Of a stretch of 36,509 bases of DNA, positions 1 to 9,372 are shown piece by piece. Origin of the DNA: Aquabacter sp. Its GTDB lineage: Bacteria > Pseudomonadota > Alphaproteobacteria > Rhizobiales > Xanthobacteraceae. The notes below the pieces were generated by a model that was not told the DNA's origin, did no database searches, and saw only the letters and a program-made list of their open reading frames with translations. Within the stretch, counting starts at the first letter, position 1; every line of letters begins with the position of its first letter. Location of the stretch: positions 1 to 36,509 of the forward strand of contig JASBUY010000230.1 in assembly GCA_030147645.1 (NCBI GenBank). The letters run 5' to 3'. Made by a program: the position numbers and the translations under genes.

Positions 1-1273
1 CGGCGGCCACAAGGTTCAGGAACGAGACCATGGCGGCCTGCGAATCCAGCAGGCCCTCGTCCATGTTCACGTCGATCACCTGCGCGCCGCTCTCCACCTG
101 CTCGCGCGCGACCGCCAGCGCAGCGGGGAAGTCGCCATTGGTGATGAGCTTGCGGAACTTGGCCGAGCCGGTAACGTTCGTGCGCTCGCCCACATTCACA
201 AAGGGAATTTCGGGCGTCAGCTCGAACGGCTCAAGGCCTGACAGGCGCAGCCGCGGCGGAAGGTCCGGTATGGCGCGCGGCTTGTGCGGCGCGACCGCCT
301 CGGCAATGGCGCGGATATGATCCGGCGTGGTCCCGCAGCAGCCACCGACGATATTGACGAGCCCGGAGGCGGCGAACTCGCCCACCAGCGCGCCCATGGC
401 CTCCGGGCTCTCGTCATACATGCCGAATTCATTGGGCAGGCCGGCATTGGGATAGGCGCAGACCAGCGTATCGGCCACCCGGCCGATTTCCGCGATATGG
501 GCGCGCATCTCCTTGGCGCCGAGCGCGCAATTGAGGCCGATGGAAAAGGGCTGAGCGTGGCGCAGCGCGAACCAGAAGGCGCTCGGCGTCTGGCCGGACA
601 GGGTGCGGCCGGACAGATCGGTGATGGTGCCGGAGATCATCACCGGCACGCGGATGCCGCGTTCCTCGAACAGCCCCTCGATGGCGAACACCGCCGCCTT
701 GGCATTCAGCGTGTCGAAGATGGTCTCGATGAGCAGCATGTCCGAGCCGCCGTCCAGCAGCCCGCGCGCCTGCTCGCCATATGCCTCCGCCAATTGGTCG
801 AACGTGACCGCGCGGTAGCCGGGATCGTTTACGTCGGGGGAGATGGACGCGGTGCGGTTGGTGGGGCCGATGGCGCCCGCCACGAAGCGGCGGCGGCCAT
901 CCTTCGCCTCTGCAAGTCGCGCCGCCTCCTTGGCGAGGCGCGCGCCCTCCACGTTCAGCTCATAGGCCAGCGCCTCCATTCCATAGTCGGCCTGGGCGAT
1001 GGTGGTGGAGGAGAAAGTGTTGGTCTCAACGATATCTGCGCCCGCGAGGAAATATTCCAGGTGGATATCGCGCACCGCGTCGGGCTGAGTGAGATTCAGA
1101 AGGTCGTTATTGCCTTTGACGTCCTGCGGCCAGTCGGCGAAACGCGCGCCACGATAGCCGGCCTCGTCCAGCTTCAGCCCCTGGATCATGGTGCCCATGG
1201 CACCATCCAGAACCAGGATTCGCGCACGCGCGGCGGCGGTAAGGGCGGCGAAGGTATCGGTCTCGGTCGTCAT
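1..1273 (-). CDS. metH: Cobalamin-dependent methionine synthase, 5' part (runs off the left edge)
   Basis: Absent from the ORF track. Manual translation from the ATG at 1273 gives [31 protein letters not shown]. Contains the GGCCGT Zn-binding motif (~331-348) and [15 protein letters not shown], the start of the pterin-binding domain. Confidence 0.96.
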   Translation of the reverse strand, partial: MTTETDTFAALTAAARARILVLDGAMGTMIQGLKLDEAGYRGARFADWPQDVKGNNDLLNLTQPDAVRDIHLEYFLAGADIVETNTFSSTTIAQADYGMEALAYELNVEGARLAKEAARLAEAKDGRRRFVAGAIGPTNRTASISPDVNDPGYRAVTFDQLAEAYGEQARGLLDGGSDMLLIETIFDTLNAKAAVFAIEGLFEERGIRVPVMISGTITDLSGRTLSGQTPSAFWFALRHAQPFSIGLNCALGAKEMRAHIAEIGRVADTLVCAYPNAGLPNEFGMYDESPEAMGALVGEFAASGLVNIVGGCCGTTPDHIRAIAEAVAPHKPRAIPDLPPRLRLSGLEPFELTPEIPFVNVGERTNVTGSAKFRKLITNGDFPAALAVAREQVESGAQVIDVNMDEGLLDSQAAMVSFLNLVAA

Positions 1274-1327
1274 GGAACGCTCGTTTCTGGCCGCAGCGGG
1301 TACGCGGGCCCCGTCATTCTGTCGCAC

Positions 1328-2248
1328 TTAACCCGCGAGACGTTGCGCGGGGGTGTCGCTCATACCGGGCCGTAGGCCCAGCAAATGGCAGATCGCATAA
1401 ACGAGATCGGCCCGGTTCAGGGTGTAGAAGTGGATATCCTCCACGCCGCGATCCACGAGATCCGTCGCCTGCTCGGCGGCCACGGCGGCGGCGATGAGCT
1501 TGCGCGTCTCCGGGTCATCATCCAGCCCCTCAAACCGTTTCAGAAGCCAGCCGGGCACGCTCGCGCCGGTCCGCGCGGCGAAATTGGAGGCCTGCTTGAA
1601 ATTGGTCACGGGCAGGATGCCCGGAACGATCGGGATATGGATTCCCGCCGCCCGCACCTTGTCGAGATAGCGGAAATAGACGTCGTTCTCGAAGAAGAAC
1701 TGGGTGATGGCGCGGGTCGCGCCCGCATCCACCTTGCGCTTCAGCACATCGATATCTGCATCCAGGCTGGCGCTTTCTGGATGCTTCTCGGGATAGGCGG
1801 AGACGGACACCTCGAACGCGCCGAGGGCGCGGATGCCCTCAACAAGGTCGCAGGCATGGGCGTAGCCCTCGGGATGGGGAACATAGGCAGTGCCCACCCC
1901 GGTCACGGGATCGCCCCGTAACGCCACGATGTGACGCACGCCGGCCTGCGCATATTCGCGGATCACCTCGTCGATTTCCGCGCGGCTCGCGGCGACGCAG
2001 GTGAGATGGGCGGCCGGCGCCAGAGCCGTCTCGCGGGCGATTTTTTCCACTGTCGCATGGGTGCGCTCGCGCGTGGACCCGCCCGCGCCATAGGTCACGG
2101 AGACGAAGCTCGGCCCGAGCGGCGCCAGCCGTTCGATGGACGCCCAGAGCGTGCGCTCCATCTCCTCCGTCTTGGGAGGAAAGAATTCGAACGAGACGCG
2201 CACGGGCGCGCGCGACACTTCTCGGCTCGCCCGGATCGGCGGGGTCAT
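1328..2248 (-). CDS. metF: 5,10-methylenetetrahydrofolate reductase
   Basis: VSFEFFPPK, SVTYGAGGS, ALRGD, AITQFFF and HFYTLNR motifs. Start placed at the ATG (2248) that overlaps the upstream gene's stop (ATGA). Confidence 0.96.
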   Translation of the reverse strand: MTPPIRASREVSRAPVRVSFEFFPPKTEEMERTLWASIERLAPLGPSFVSVTYGAGGSTRERTHATVEKIARETALAPAAHLTCVAASRAEIDEVIREYAQAGVRHIVALRGDPVTGVGTAYVPHPEGYAHACDLVEGIRALGAFEVSVSAYPEKHPESASLDADIDVLKRKVDAGATRAITQFFFENDVYFRYLDKVRAAGIHIPIVPGILPVTNFKQASNFAARTGASVPGWLLKRFEGLDDDPETRKLIAAAVAAEQATDLVDRGVEDIHFYTLNRADLVYAICHLLGLRPGMSDTPAQRLAG

Positions 2249-3282
2249 CAGGCTATCTCCCTGGTCTTCTGAGGGGCGGTCGGCGCGGGCATGGCAGGCC
2301 GCTGGTCCCGCCCCAGCCAGAATGAAACGGTGAGCGCATCTTGCGCGGGGGCATGCGGCGGCAGGGCGCGGTGCAGAGTGGGCAGAAGCCCGGCCTGCGC
2401 CAGCCAACCCGACACGGCCTCTTCAGAAAAGCCCAGCCGGCGGTGGGCATGGGCCTCGCGCAGGAACTCCAGATCATGGGGCGCGAAATCCACAACCAGA
2501 AGCCGCCCACCCGGCCGGAGCACGCGCGCCGCTTCGCGCACGGCGCGAGCCGGATCGTCGAGAAAGTGCAGCACCTGGTGGACCAGAACGACGTCGAAAC
2601 TGTCGCGGGGCATCGCCAGATTGAAGATGTCGCCTTGGCGGACCGCGCAGTTGCGCACGCCTGCCTGTTCCAGATTGACCCGTGCAACGCCAAGCATGTC
2701 GGGAGAGAGATCGATGCCGACGCCCCTTTGAATGCGCTCGGAGAGGATTTCGAGCATCCGGCCGGTGCCGGTGCCAAGATCGAGGAGCGTATCGATGGGC
2801 TCGGCCCCAAGGGCGGCTCTCACCTCTGCCTCGACGGCGGCGTCCGGCGCATGAAGCGAGCGGATGGCGTCCCAGCGCGCCGCATGGCTCGCGAAATAGG
2901 CCTGCGCCTGCGCCGCGCGGGCGGCGCGCACTTCTTCCAGGCGCTCGCGGTCGCGGCGCACCTGTGCATCGTCCATATCGAGCAGGGCAAGGAGCGTCGT
3001 GACCAGGACGCCCTGCCGGGAGTCCCGCGCCCGGCTATAAAAGACCCAGCTCGCCTCGCGCCGCCGCTCCACCAGCCCAGCCTCGGACAGCAGCTTCAGA
3101 TGCCGGGAGATGCGGGGCTGTGACTGGCCGAGAATGTCGGTGAGCTCGCTCACCGTCAGCTCGCCCTCGTCAAGCAGCGCCAAGACACGCAAACGTGTGT
3201 CCTCGCCCGCGGCCTTTAGGCCTTCGAGCAGGTCTGAAAAAGCCAGCGGAGCGCCCTCCGCGAAAGAACGGTCTAACGACAT
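2248..3282 (-). CDS. sahR: ArsR-family HTH fused to a SAM-dependent methyltransferase domain (SahR-type methionine regulator)
   Basis: ArsR HTH (LGQSQPRISRHLKLLSEAGLV) plus LLDLGTGTG SAM motif. First gene of the metF-metH operon, with a palindrome over its own start. Confidence 0.88.
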   Translation of the reverse strand: MSLDRSFAEGAPLAFSDLLEGLKAAGEDTRLRVLALLDEGELTVSELTDILGQSQPRISRHLKLLSEAGLVERRREASWVFYSRARDSRQGVLVTTLLALLDMDDAQVRRDRERLEEVRAARAAQAQAYFASHAARWDAIRSLHAPDAAVEAEVRAALGAEPIDTLLDLGTGTGRMLEILSERIQRGVGIDLSPDMLGVARVNLEQAGVRNCAVRQGDIFNLAMPRDSFDVVLVHQVLHFLDDPARAVREAARVLRPGGRLLVVDFAPHDLEFLREAHAHRRLGFSEEAVSGWLAQAGLLPTLHRALPPHAPAQDALTVSFWLGRDQRPAMPAPTAPQKTREIA

Positions 3283-3298
3283 AAAGATATCTTTATAT
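3279..3298. promoter_or_regulatory. SahR-like operator overlapping the sahR start codon
   Basis: ACATAAAGATATCTTTATAT, with a perfect 16-bp palindrome ATAAAGAT-ATCTTTAT (3281-3296). Strikingly AT-rich in a GC-rich background and resembles described SahR sites. Confidence 0.8.
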
Positions 3299-3318
3299 TT
3301 TATCTCGACGACATGCAA
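3290..3318 (-). promoter_or_regulatory. Candidate sigma70 promoter for a leaderless sahR-metF-metH transcript
   Basis: Minus strand reads TTGCAT-N17-TAAAGA-N7-ATG, with no Shine-Dalgarno in front of the ATG. Confidence 0.5.
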
Positions 3319-3578
3319 GCGTGGTAACGGAAGCGACCGTCCGTTAACTGTGTCCGTCGGAGCACGCTCGTCCCGGGCGTGAGCTTTGCCGGCCGTTCCC
3401 GTGTCCGTTGCGTTGCGGTCACAGTTGCGTGGGTTTAAAACATACCGGAACGCGCGGCGCATTCCTGACGTTTTTCAAACCGAAGGTGGTCGGCGAATAG
3501 GGTGGCACAAGGTTGGTGCCATCTAAAAAATGTACGCCGTTTCCAATTTCGTCACGTTTAACGTTTAGCACGAGCGTC

Positions 3579-4856
3579 ATGACCCTGCGCACAGCACTCC
3601 TCTCCGCCCTTGGCGCCTCCCTGCTGGCCGTTCCGGCTGCGCAGGCGCAGATCTACCAAGGCCAGACCTACCAGGTCCCGTCTTATGTCGCCTCGGGCGG
3701 CGAAGACGATGAAACCGGCGCGATCGGCCAGGATCTGCCCAACGGAACCGTGCCCGGCTATCGCGATCCTTACGCGGCGTCTGCGCGCGGTGATTATGTC
3801 CAGAGCGCGCCCATGGCGCCGCCGGCTGGTTCTGCGCAGGCTCCGACCTATGTCTCGCCCGGAGCAGGCTATCAGCCGGGCCAGGCCTCGGCCCCCGGCC
3901 AACCCATGGCGATCTCGCCCGGTTCTCTGCCGGCGCCCAATACCCAGCAGATGCAGCGCGAGGCCGCGCCGTCCGGCTATGTGCAGCCAGGGTATGCGCA
4001 GCCCGGCTACGCAACCCAGCAGGCTTACCCTCCGCAGACTCAGCCGGGCTATGCCCCGCCGGCTCAGCCCGGTTATGCCTCCACGCCCGGATATGAAGGC
4101 TCCTATAAGCAGGACGCCATGCTCCAGGCGGCCCGCGCGCCCCAGGGCGCCCCGCAGGCTGGCTATGCGCCTCAGCCCGGACAGCCCGGTTACGGCACGC
4201 CGGTGAATGCATCCTACAATCCCGCGAACGGCGCCGTGCGCGATGCAGGGGCCCCGCCGTCCGGCGTTTATGCGCCGAACGCAGCGGTGGTTCCGGGCAC
4301 GCAGGAAGCGCCGTCCGGACCGCGCATTGAGAATGTGGATCCGAGCGAGCCCGTGGATGCGCGCTTCCGGCGCCAGACGGTGGACTATGTGACCACGCAG
4401 CCGGCCGGCACGATCGTGATCGATACCGCGAACACGTACCTCTATTACATCCTCGGTGGCGGAAAAGCGGTGCGGTACGGCATCGGCGTCGGCCGCGACG
4501 GCTTCACCTGGGCCGGCACCGAGAAGATCACCCGCAAGGCGGAATGGGCCGATTGGCGTCCGCCGACCGAGATGATCGATCGCCAGCCGTACCTGCCCCG
4601 CTTCATGGCCGGCGGCCCCGGCAATCCGCTCGGCGCGCGCACTCTCTATCTTGGCGGCACCATTTACCGCATCCACGGGACCAACGAGCCGCAGACCATC
4701 GGCAAATTTGTGTCCTCAGGCTGCTTCCGCATGCTGAATGCGGACGTGGAAGACCTTTATGAGCGGGTGAAGGTGGGCACGAAGGTGGTGATCCTGCCGA
4801 AGGCGAGCAACGCCCAGGCTAACGCGGCCAAGCCCAGCGCCCCCTCGCCGCGCTGA
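3579..4856 (+). CDS. L,D-transpeptidase (YkuD/ErfK family) with signal peptide and long P/Q/G/Y/A-rich N-terminal region
   Basis: C-terminal GTIVIDT...YGIGVG...NPLGARTLYL...YRIHGT...VSSGCFRM (catalytic His and Cys). Signal peptide MTLRTALLSALGASLLAVPAAQA. Confidence 0.92.
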   Translation: MTLRTALLSALGASLLAVPAAQAQIYQGQTYQVPSYVASGGEDDETGAIGQDLPNGTVPGYRDPYAASARGDYVQSAPMAPPAGSAQAPTYVSPGAGYQPGQASAPGQPMAISPGSLPAPNTQQMQREAAPSGYVQPGYAQPGYATQQAYPPQTQPGYAPPAQPGYASTPGYEGSYKQDAMLQAARAPQGAPQAGYAPQPGQPGYGTPVNASYNPANGAVRDAGAPPSGVYAPNAAVVPGTQEAPSGPRIENVDPSEPVDARFRRQTVDYVTTQPAGTIVIDTANTYLYYILGGGKAVRYGIGVGRDGFTWAGTEKITRKAEWADWRPPTEMIDRQPYLPRFMAGGPGNPLGARTLYLGGTIYRIHGTNEPQTIGKFVSSGCFRMLNADVEDLYERVKVGTKVVILPKASNAQANAAKPSAPSPR

Positions 4857-4874
4857 TCCAAGCCTCTTTGAAGG

Positions 4875-4906
4875 AAGGCGCGTCCTTGCGACGCGCCTTT
4901 TTCTTT
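4875..4906 (+). terminator. Rho-independent terminator
   Basis: AAGGCGCGTC-cttgc-GACGCGCCTT stem followed by TTTCTTT, just after the LDT stop. Confidence 0.85.
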
Positions 4907-5091
4907 GGCGGTTCGCCTCTACCAAACACGGCTGCGGCAGGTATGATGCAGCGCGCTCGGGGGGCTGGGCGCCCTGTTCGCGGACGGCCTGGGCCGCCGC
5001 TTCACCTCCAGGCCTGGCCCGCTCGAGCGCCGGCGGCGAGCGCGTTTCAGCCTCGCCCGGATCCGTTGTGATCGTGCCTGGAGTTGCCTTG

Positions 5092-5667
5092 ATGCCAACC
5101 ACCATTCCCACCCCCGGTAGCTCCGCCCGCGACCAGCTCACCGCCATTCGCGCGGGCTGGGGCTGGTTCGTGGCGCTCGGCGTCGCGTTCGTGATCCTCG
5201 GCTGTATCGCATTGGCGCATCTTGCGATTTCCACCGTTGCCACGGCGCTTTACGTCGGCGCCCTGGTGCTGGTGGGCGGGGTGGTGCAGGTGCTGCACGC
5301 CTTCCGCGTCCAGGGCTGGGGCCGCTTCTTCTTCTGGCTTCTGTCGGGCCTGCTCTATGTGATCGCGGGCGGACTCATCGTCTATGAGCCGCTTTTCGCG
5401 GCGGGTATCATCACTCTTATGATCGGTATTTCGCTGGTTATTGGCGGCTTATTCCGGATTTGGGCGGGCATTGGCGCGCGTCCGCAGACCGGGTGGGGCT
5501 TCATCGTCGCGGCGGGCGCCATCACCTTCATCCTGGGCCTGGAGATCATCGCCGGCTGGCCGGTCAACTCGCCCATCATCCTCGGCCTGTTCCTCGGCAT
5601 CGACCTCATCGTCAACGGGGTGATGACTGCCATGTTCGGCCTCGCCCTGCGCAACAAGGCGAGCTGA
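5092..5667 (+). CDS. HdeD/DUF308 family membrane protein
   Basis: About six hydrophobic segments. WGWFVALGV...ILG, GLFRI and LGLFLGIDLIVNG are typical of HdeD-like proteins. Confidence 0.82.
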   Translation: MPTTIPTPGSSARDQLTAIRAGWGWFVALGVAFVILGCIALAHLAISTVATALYVGALVLVGGVVQVLHAFRVQGWGRFFFWLLSGLLYVIAGGLIVYEPLFAAGIITLMIGISLVIGGLFRIWAGIGARPQTGWGFIVAAGAITFILGLEIIAGWPVNSPIILGLFLGIDLIVNGVMTAMFGLALRNKAS

Positions 5668-5675
5668 GCTTACCC

Positions 5676-6446
5676 ATGATCCTCTCTGCTAAGGGGGGGC
5701 GCAGCCGCCCCCTGCTCGGCGCGCTGTGCGCGCTCACCGTGATGCTGGGAACCGGCGCCGCCCGCGCCCAGCAAGATATGCCGGCCTGTCAGACCGGGCC
5801 GGTGGTCGCGCTGAAGACCCCGCGCGCCGCGCAGGCGCTCGCCACCAAGCGCAGCCTGACCATCGTCGCGCTCGGCTCCTCTTCCACCAACGGCGTCGGC
5901 GCCTCCTCGCCCGCGCGCACCTATCCAGGCGTTCTGGAGGCGCAATTGCGCGCCCGCTTCCCGGGAACCGAGATCACGGTCATCAACAAGGGCGTCAACG
6001 GGGAAGATGTGCCGGAGAATCTCGCCCGGCTGGAGCGGGACGTGCATGCGCTCAACCCCGATCTCGTCCTCTGGCAGGTGGGCACCAATTATGTGATCCG
6101 CAGCTTCGGCATCGGCACTTTCGGCGCCCAGCTCCGCCAGGGCATCGAGGCCATGCAGGGCTGGGGCGCGGACGTGGTGCTGATCGACCTGCAATATTCG
6201 CCCTGGGTCAACGGCAATCCCAACACGCCGACCATCAATGCGCTCATCGCCTCCACCGCGCGCGGGGCCGGCGCGTCGGTCTTCCCGCGCTATGCCCTGA
6301 TGCGCGGCTGGGTGGAGCAGCAGAAGATCCCGGCCTCCAAACTGCTGATCTTCGACGGGCTGCATCTCAACGACTGGAGCTATGACTGCTTCGCCCGCGC
6401 CCTGGCGGCGAGCCTCGCCCCGGCGCTGGGCGCGCGGGGGCGTTAA
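5676..6446 (+). CDS. Secreted SGNH/GDSL hydrolase
   Basis: Block I IVALGSSST, block II NKGVNG, block III WQVGTN, block V DGLH. Signal-like N-terminus ending AARA|Q. Confidence 0.85.
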   Translation: MILSAKGGRSRPLLGALCALTVMLGTGAARAQQDMPACQTGPVVALKTPRAAQALATKRSLTIVALGSSSTNGVGASSPARTYPGVLEAQLRARFPGTEITVINKGVNGEDVPENLARLERDVHALNPDLVLWQVGTNYVIRSFGIGTFGAQLRQGIEAMQGWGADVVLIDLQYSPWVNGNPNTPTINALIASTARGAGASVFPRYALMRGWVEQQKIPASKLLIFDGLHLNDWSYDCFARALAASLAPALGARGR

Positions 6447-6458
6447 AAGGCAAGCCGA

Positions 6459-7274
6459 TCAGGCGTCGGCGAGGCCGAGCACGTCCACCATGGAATAAAG
6501 CCCTGCCGGCTTGCCGGCGGCCCAGCGGGCGGCCGCGAGGGCGCCATTGGCGAAAATGGACCGGTCCTCGGCCTTGTGCGCCAACTCGATGCGCTCGGCG
6601 GGGCCGGCGAAGATCACCACATGCTCGCCCACCACTGAGCCGCCCCGCAGCGTGGCGAAGCCGATATCGCCCGCCCGCCGGCTGCCGGTATGCCCGTCGC
6701 GCACGCGCACGGCATGGTCGTCCAGCGCAATGCCCCGCCCTTCCGCCGCCGCTTCGCCCAGGAGCAATGCGGTGCCCGAGGGGGCATCCACCTTGCGCGC
6801 ATGGTGCATCTCGACGATCTCGATATCAAAGCTGGTATCGAGCACCGCCGCGACCTTTCGCGTCAGCACCGCCAGAAGGTTGACCCCTAGGCTCATATTG
6901 CCGGACCGCACGATGGCAGTGCGCTCGGCTGCCACTGCGATGGCGGCAAGGTCCTCGGAGGAAAACCCCGTGGTGCCGATGACATGGGCGATCCCGCTGC
7001 CCGCCAGATGCTGGGCGAGCCGCACCGAGGCGGCGGGGGAGGAAAAATCCACCACCACATCCGCGCCGCGCACCGCCTCCGCCACATCCGAGCCGATGCT
7101 GAGACCGGCAAAGGGCAAGCCCGCCACCTGCCCGGCATCCTGCCCGAGATAGGCGCTGCCCTCGTGCTCCAGCGCACCGGCGAGGGTGAAGGCGTCACCC
7201 TCCAGCACCGCGCGCAGCAAGGTGCGGCCCATGCGCCCGCCGGCGCCCGTGATGACGATGCGAAGCTTCGACAC
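6459..7274 (-). CDS. dapB: 4-hydroxy-tetrahydrodipicolinate reductase
   Basis: [28 protein letters not shown] and RGGSVVGEH motifs. GTG start with a GGGGG RBS. Confidence 0.97.
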   Translation of the reverse strand: MSKLRIVITGAGGRMGRTLLRAVLEGDAFTLAGALEHEGSAYLGQDAGQVAGLPFAGLSIGSDVAEAVRGADVVVDFSSPAASVRLAQHLAGSGIAHVIGTTGFSSEDLAAIAVAAERTAIVRSGNMSLGVNLLAVLTRKVAAVLDTSFDIEIVEMHHARKVDAPSGTALLLGEAAAEGRGIALDDHAVRVRDGHTGSRRAGDIGFATLRGGSVVGEHVVIFAGPAERIELAHKAEDRSIFANGALAAARWAAGKPAGLYSMVDVLGLADA

Positions 7275-7297
7275 GTCCGCCCCCTGGGTTTTGATGT

Positions 7298-8002
7298 TCA
7301 GCGCAGAGCGCCTTCGATTTCCGCCAGGATCGCCTGCGCAACACCGGCTGGGTCGGCCGCAGCGGTGATGGGGCGTCCGACGACAATGGCATTCGCGCCG
7401 GCGCGCATGGCATCCGCCGGGGTCGCGATGCGCTTCTGGTCACCCACGTCGGCGCCTGCAGGGCGCACACCGGGCGTCACGACGAGGCGATCCGGGCCGA
7501 GAAGGCCGCGCACCATGGCGGCGTCCGTGGGCGCGCAGATGACGCCCGCGACCCCTGCGTCGCGCGCCTGTTCGGCCCTGCGGCGAACCATGTCTTCCAC
7601 GCCATAGGCATAGCCGGCGGCGGAAAGATCCTGCGCGTCATAAGAGGTCAGCACGGTGACCCCCAGCACCTTCAGGGCCGAGCCTCGCGCGCCGCGCGCC
7701 GCCGCAGCCAGGGTCTGGGGATAGGCATGAACGGTGAGCAGCGTGACACCGCGCTCGGCCGCCGCCGCCGTGGCGCGCTCCACCGTCTGGCCGATATCGT
7801 GGAGCTTCAGGTCGAGGAACACTTTCTTCCCGGCACCGATGAGGTCGGCGGCCAGATCCAGCCCGCCGGCAATGGTGAGTTCCAGGCCGATCTTATAGAA
7901 GGAAACGGCATCCCCCAATTGCCACACCATCGCTTCGGCCGCCGAGACGGACGGAAAGTCCAGGGCGACGATCAGCCGGTCGCTCAAGGCGGTCTGGTTC
8001 AT
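7298..8002 (-). CDS. pyrF: Orotidine-5'-phosphate decarboxylase
   Basis: [32 protein letters not shown] and VVGRPI motifs. Confidence 0.97.
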   Translation of the reverse strand: MNQTALSDRLIVALDFPSVSAAEAMVWQLGDAVSFYKIGLELTIAGGLDLAADLIGAGKKVFLDLKLHDIGQTVERATAAAAERGVTLLTVHAYPQTLAAAARGARGSALKVLGVTVLTSYDAQDLSAAGYAYGVEDMVRRRAEQARDAGVAGVICAPTDAAMVRGLLGPDRLVVTPGVRPAGADVGDQKRIATPADAMRAGANAIVVGRPITAAADPAGVAQAILAEIEGALR

Positions 8003-8613
8003 GCGCTGGTGCCCTTCCCGCCTTCCAAGGCGTCATCTTCCATGGCGCGCCACGCCACGGGCCGTTCGTCCGGTCCCGCGCGGAACCAGCAGCCACCACC
8101 CACAGGCGGCTGGTCATGGGACCGCGAAATGGCGTAGCCCGCGAGGTGGCATAAAAGAAGCGTGCCCACGCCTCCATGGCCGACAAATATGGCTGGAATG
8201 CCGGGAGAGTCCTGAAGCGCGGCCGTCACCGCGCCGACGATGCGGGCCTGCGCGTCCCGGGCGCGCTCCCAGCCGCGCACGCTCTCGTCCGGATGGGCGA
8301 AGAAGAGGTTCGCCACCGCCTGGAATTCCGGCTCGGGCAGAAAGCCGGTGGCAGAGCGGTCATTCTCGTGCATGTGCGGTCGGACTTCGACCGCGATCCC
8401 CAAAGCAGCGCCGAGAATGGCCGCCGTCTCCTTCGCCTTCACCTCGTCGCTCGATACGATGCGGCGAAAGGCGCGCAGCGCGGGGCGGGCGGCAAAGGCC
8501 TGCGTGCGATGGACGCCGGCCTCGGACAAAGACCAGTCCGGCACCGGCTTGGCCGGGTCCACCTTCACCTGCGGATGGCTCAGATACAGGAAAGGCGTCA
8601 TGCCGCCACTCAC
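7999..8613 (-). CDS. Histidine phosphatase (phosphoglycerate mutase-like) family protein
   Basis: YLSHPQ (degenerate RHG), [22 protein letters not shown] and FVGHGG. Overlaps both neighbours by 4 bp. Alternative ATG at 8601. Confidence 0.78.
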   Translation of the reverse strand: MSGGMTPFLYLSHPQVKVDPAKPVPDWSLSEAGVHRTQAFAARPALRAFRRIVSSDEVKAKETAAILGAALGIAVEVRPHMHENDRSATGFLPEPEFQAVANLFFAHPDESVRGWERARDAQARIVGAVTAALQDSPGIPAIFVGHGGVGTLLLCHLAGYAISRSHDQPPVGGGCWFRAGPDERPVAWRAMEDDALEGGKGTSA

Positions 8614-9203
8614 GGACGGCGATAGACCCAGACGCGGGCCGGCGGGACATTCAGCCAGACGCGCGGAGAGCGCGCGCCCTCAATGGCCCCGGGCTTCAGG
8701 GGCACCGGGGAAACCACCGCATAGGTGAACTGGATGAAGGGTCCTTGTTCCACCGACAGGTCGAACGCTTCGTTCACCATCCGGTCGCGATCCTGCGGCG
8801 AACGGGTGAAGAGCGGAAGCGAGGAAATGGTCCCAACCGCCGGGCCGGGCAGCTTGTCCTTCAGCGTCTTGCGCATCTCATAGGCATCGCCCTGGATGAC
8901 GGTGACGCCGGGATAGCGCAGGCGCAGGAGGTGGCAGAATTCGCGGTTATACTCGATCAGAAACAACCGCTCTGGCGCGAAGCCGCGCTCCAGCAAGGCC
9001 TTGGTGACCGGCCCGGTGCCCGGCCCCAATTCGATGACCGGCCCCTCGATCCGAGGATCGAGATAGCTCGCCATCATCTTGGCCAGGGCGCGCCCGGAAG
9101 GGGACACGGCTCCCGTCTTCAGGGGATTTTGAAACCAGGATTGAAGAAAGCGAAGCTCGTCATTCAGCCGCGGCTTGAATGGGACGCCACGGCGATCCGG
9201 CAT
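8610..9203 (-). CDS. pmtA: Phospholipid N-methyltransferase, Sinorhizobium-type
   Basis: NPLKTGAVSPS, VIELGPGTG, ISSLPL, FIQFTY and VWLNVPPARVWVY. Alternative start at 9212. Confidence 0.85.
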   Translation of the reverse strand: MPDRRGVPFKPRLNDELRFLQSWFQNPLKTGAVSPSGRALAKMMASYLDPRIEGPVIELGPGTGPVTKALLERGFAPERLFLIEYNREFCHLLRLRYPGVTVIQGDAYEMRKTLKDKLPGPAVGTISSLPLFTRSPQDRDRMVNEAFDLSVEQGPFIQFTYAVVSPVPLKPGAIEGARSPRVWLNVPPARVWVYRRP

Positions 9204-9372
9204 TTGGAGCATTCGGAGGGCCCCGCAAGAAGAAATGGGCTCAGCGGCGATTAGACGGGAAAAGAGACCGGGTCAAGGCGAGGGGGGACGTTCCTGTCTC
9301 CCTGTTGCTCCCGCGCATCGCCCCTTGCGCGCCGTCTTCCCCCGCGTTTGCGGGGGAAGTGCGCAGCTTCGG

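Noticed and set aside
1274-1327. Possible SAM or cobalamin riboswitch before metH
   Set aside because: Only 54 bp, with no recognisable riboswitch consensus. An Rfam scan would settle it.
284-1375. 363-aa plus-strand ORF
   Set aside because: Antisense shadow of metH, which the ORF track missed because it runs off the edge.
3283-3462. N-terminal extensions in the ORF track (sahR, metF, galE, dctQ, lutC, modC, NlpC/P60, SGNH)
   Set aside because: They run through promoters or neighbouring genes. Downstream starts fit family lengths, RBSs or ATGA coupling.
3503-3521. Sigma54 promoter (TGGCAC)
   Set aside because: The -12 position is GT rather than GC on both strands. Better read as a palindrome.
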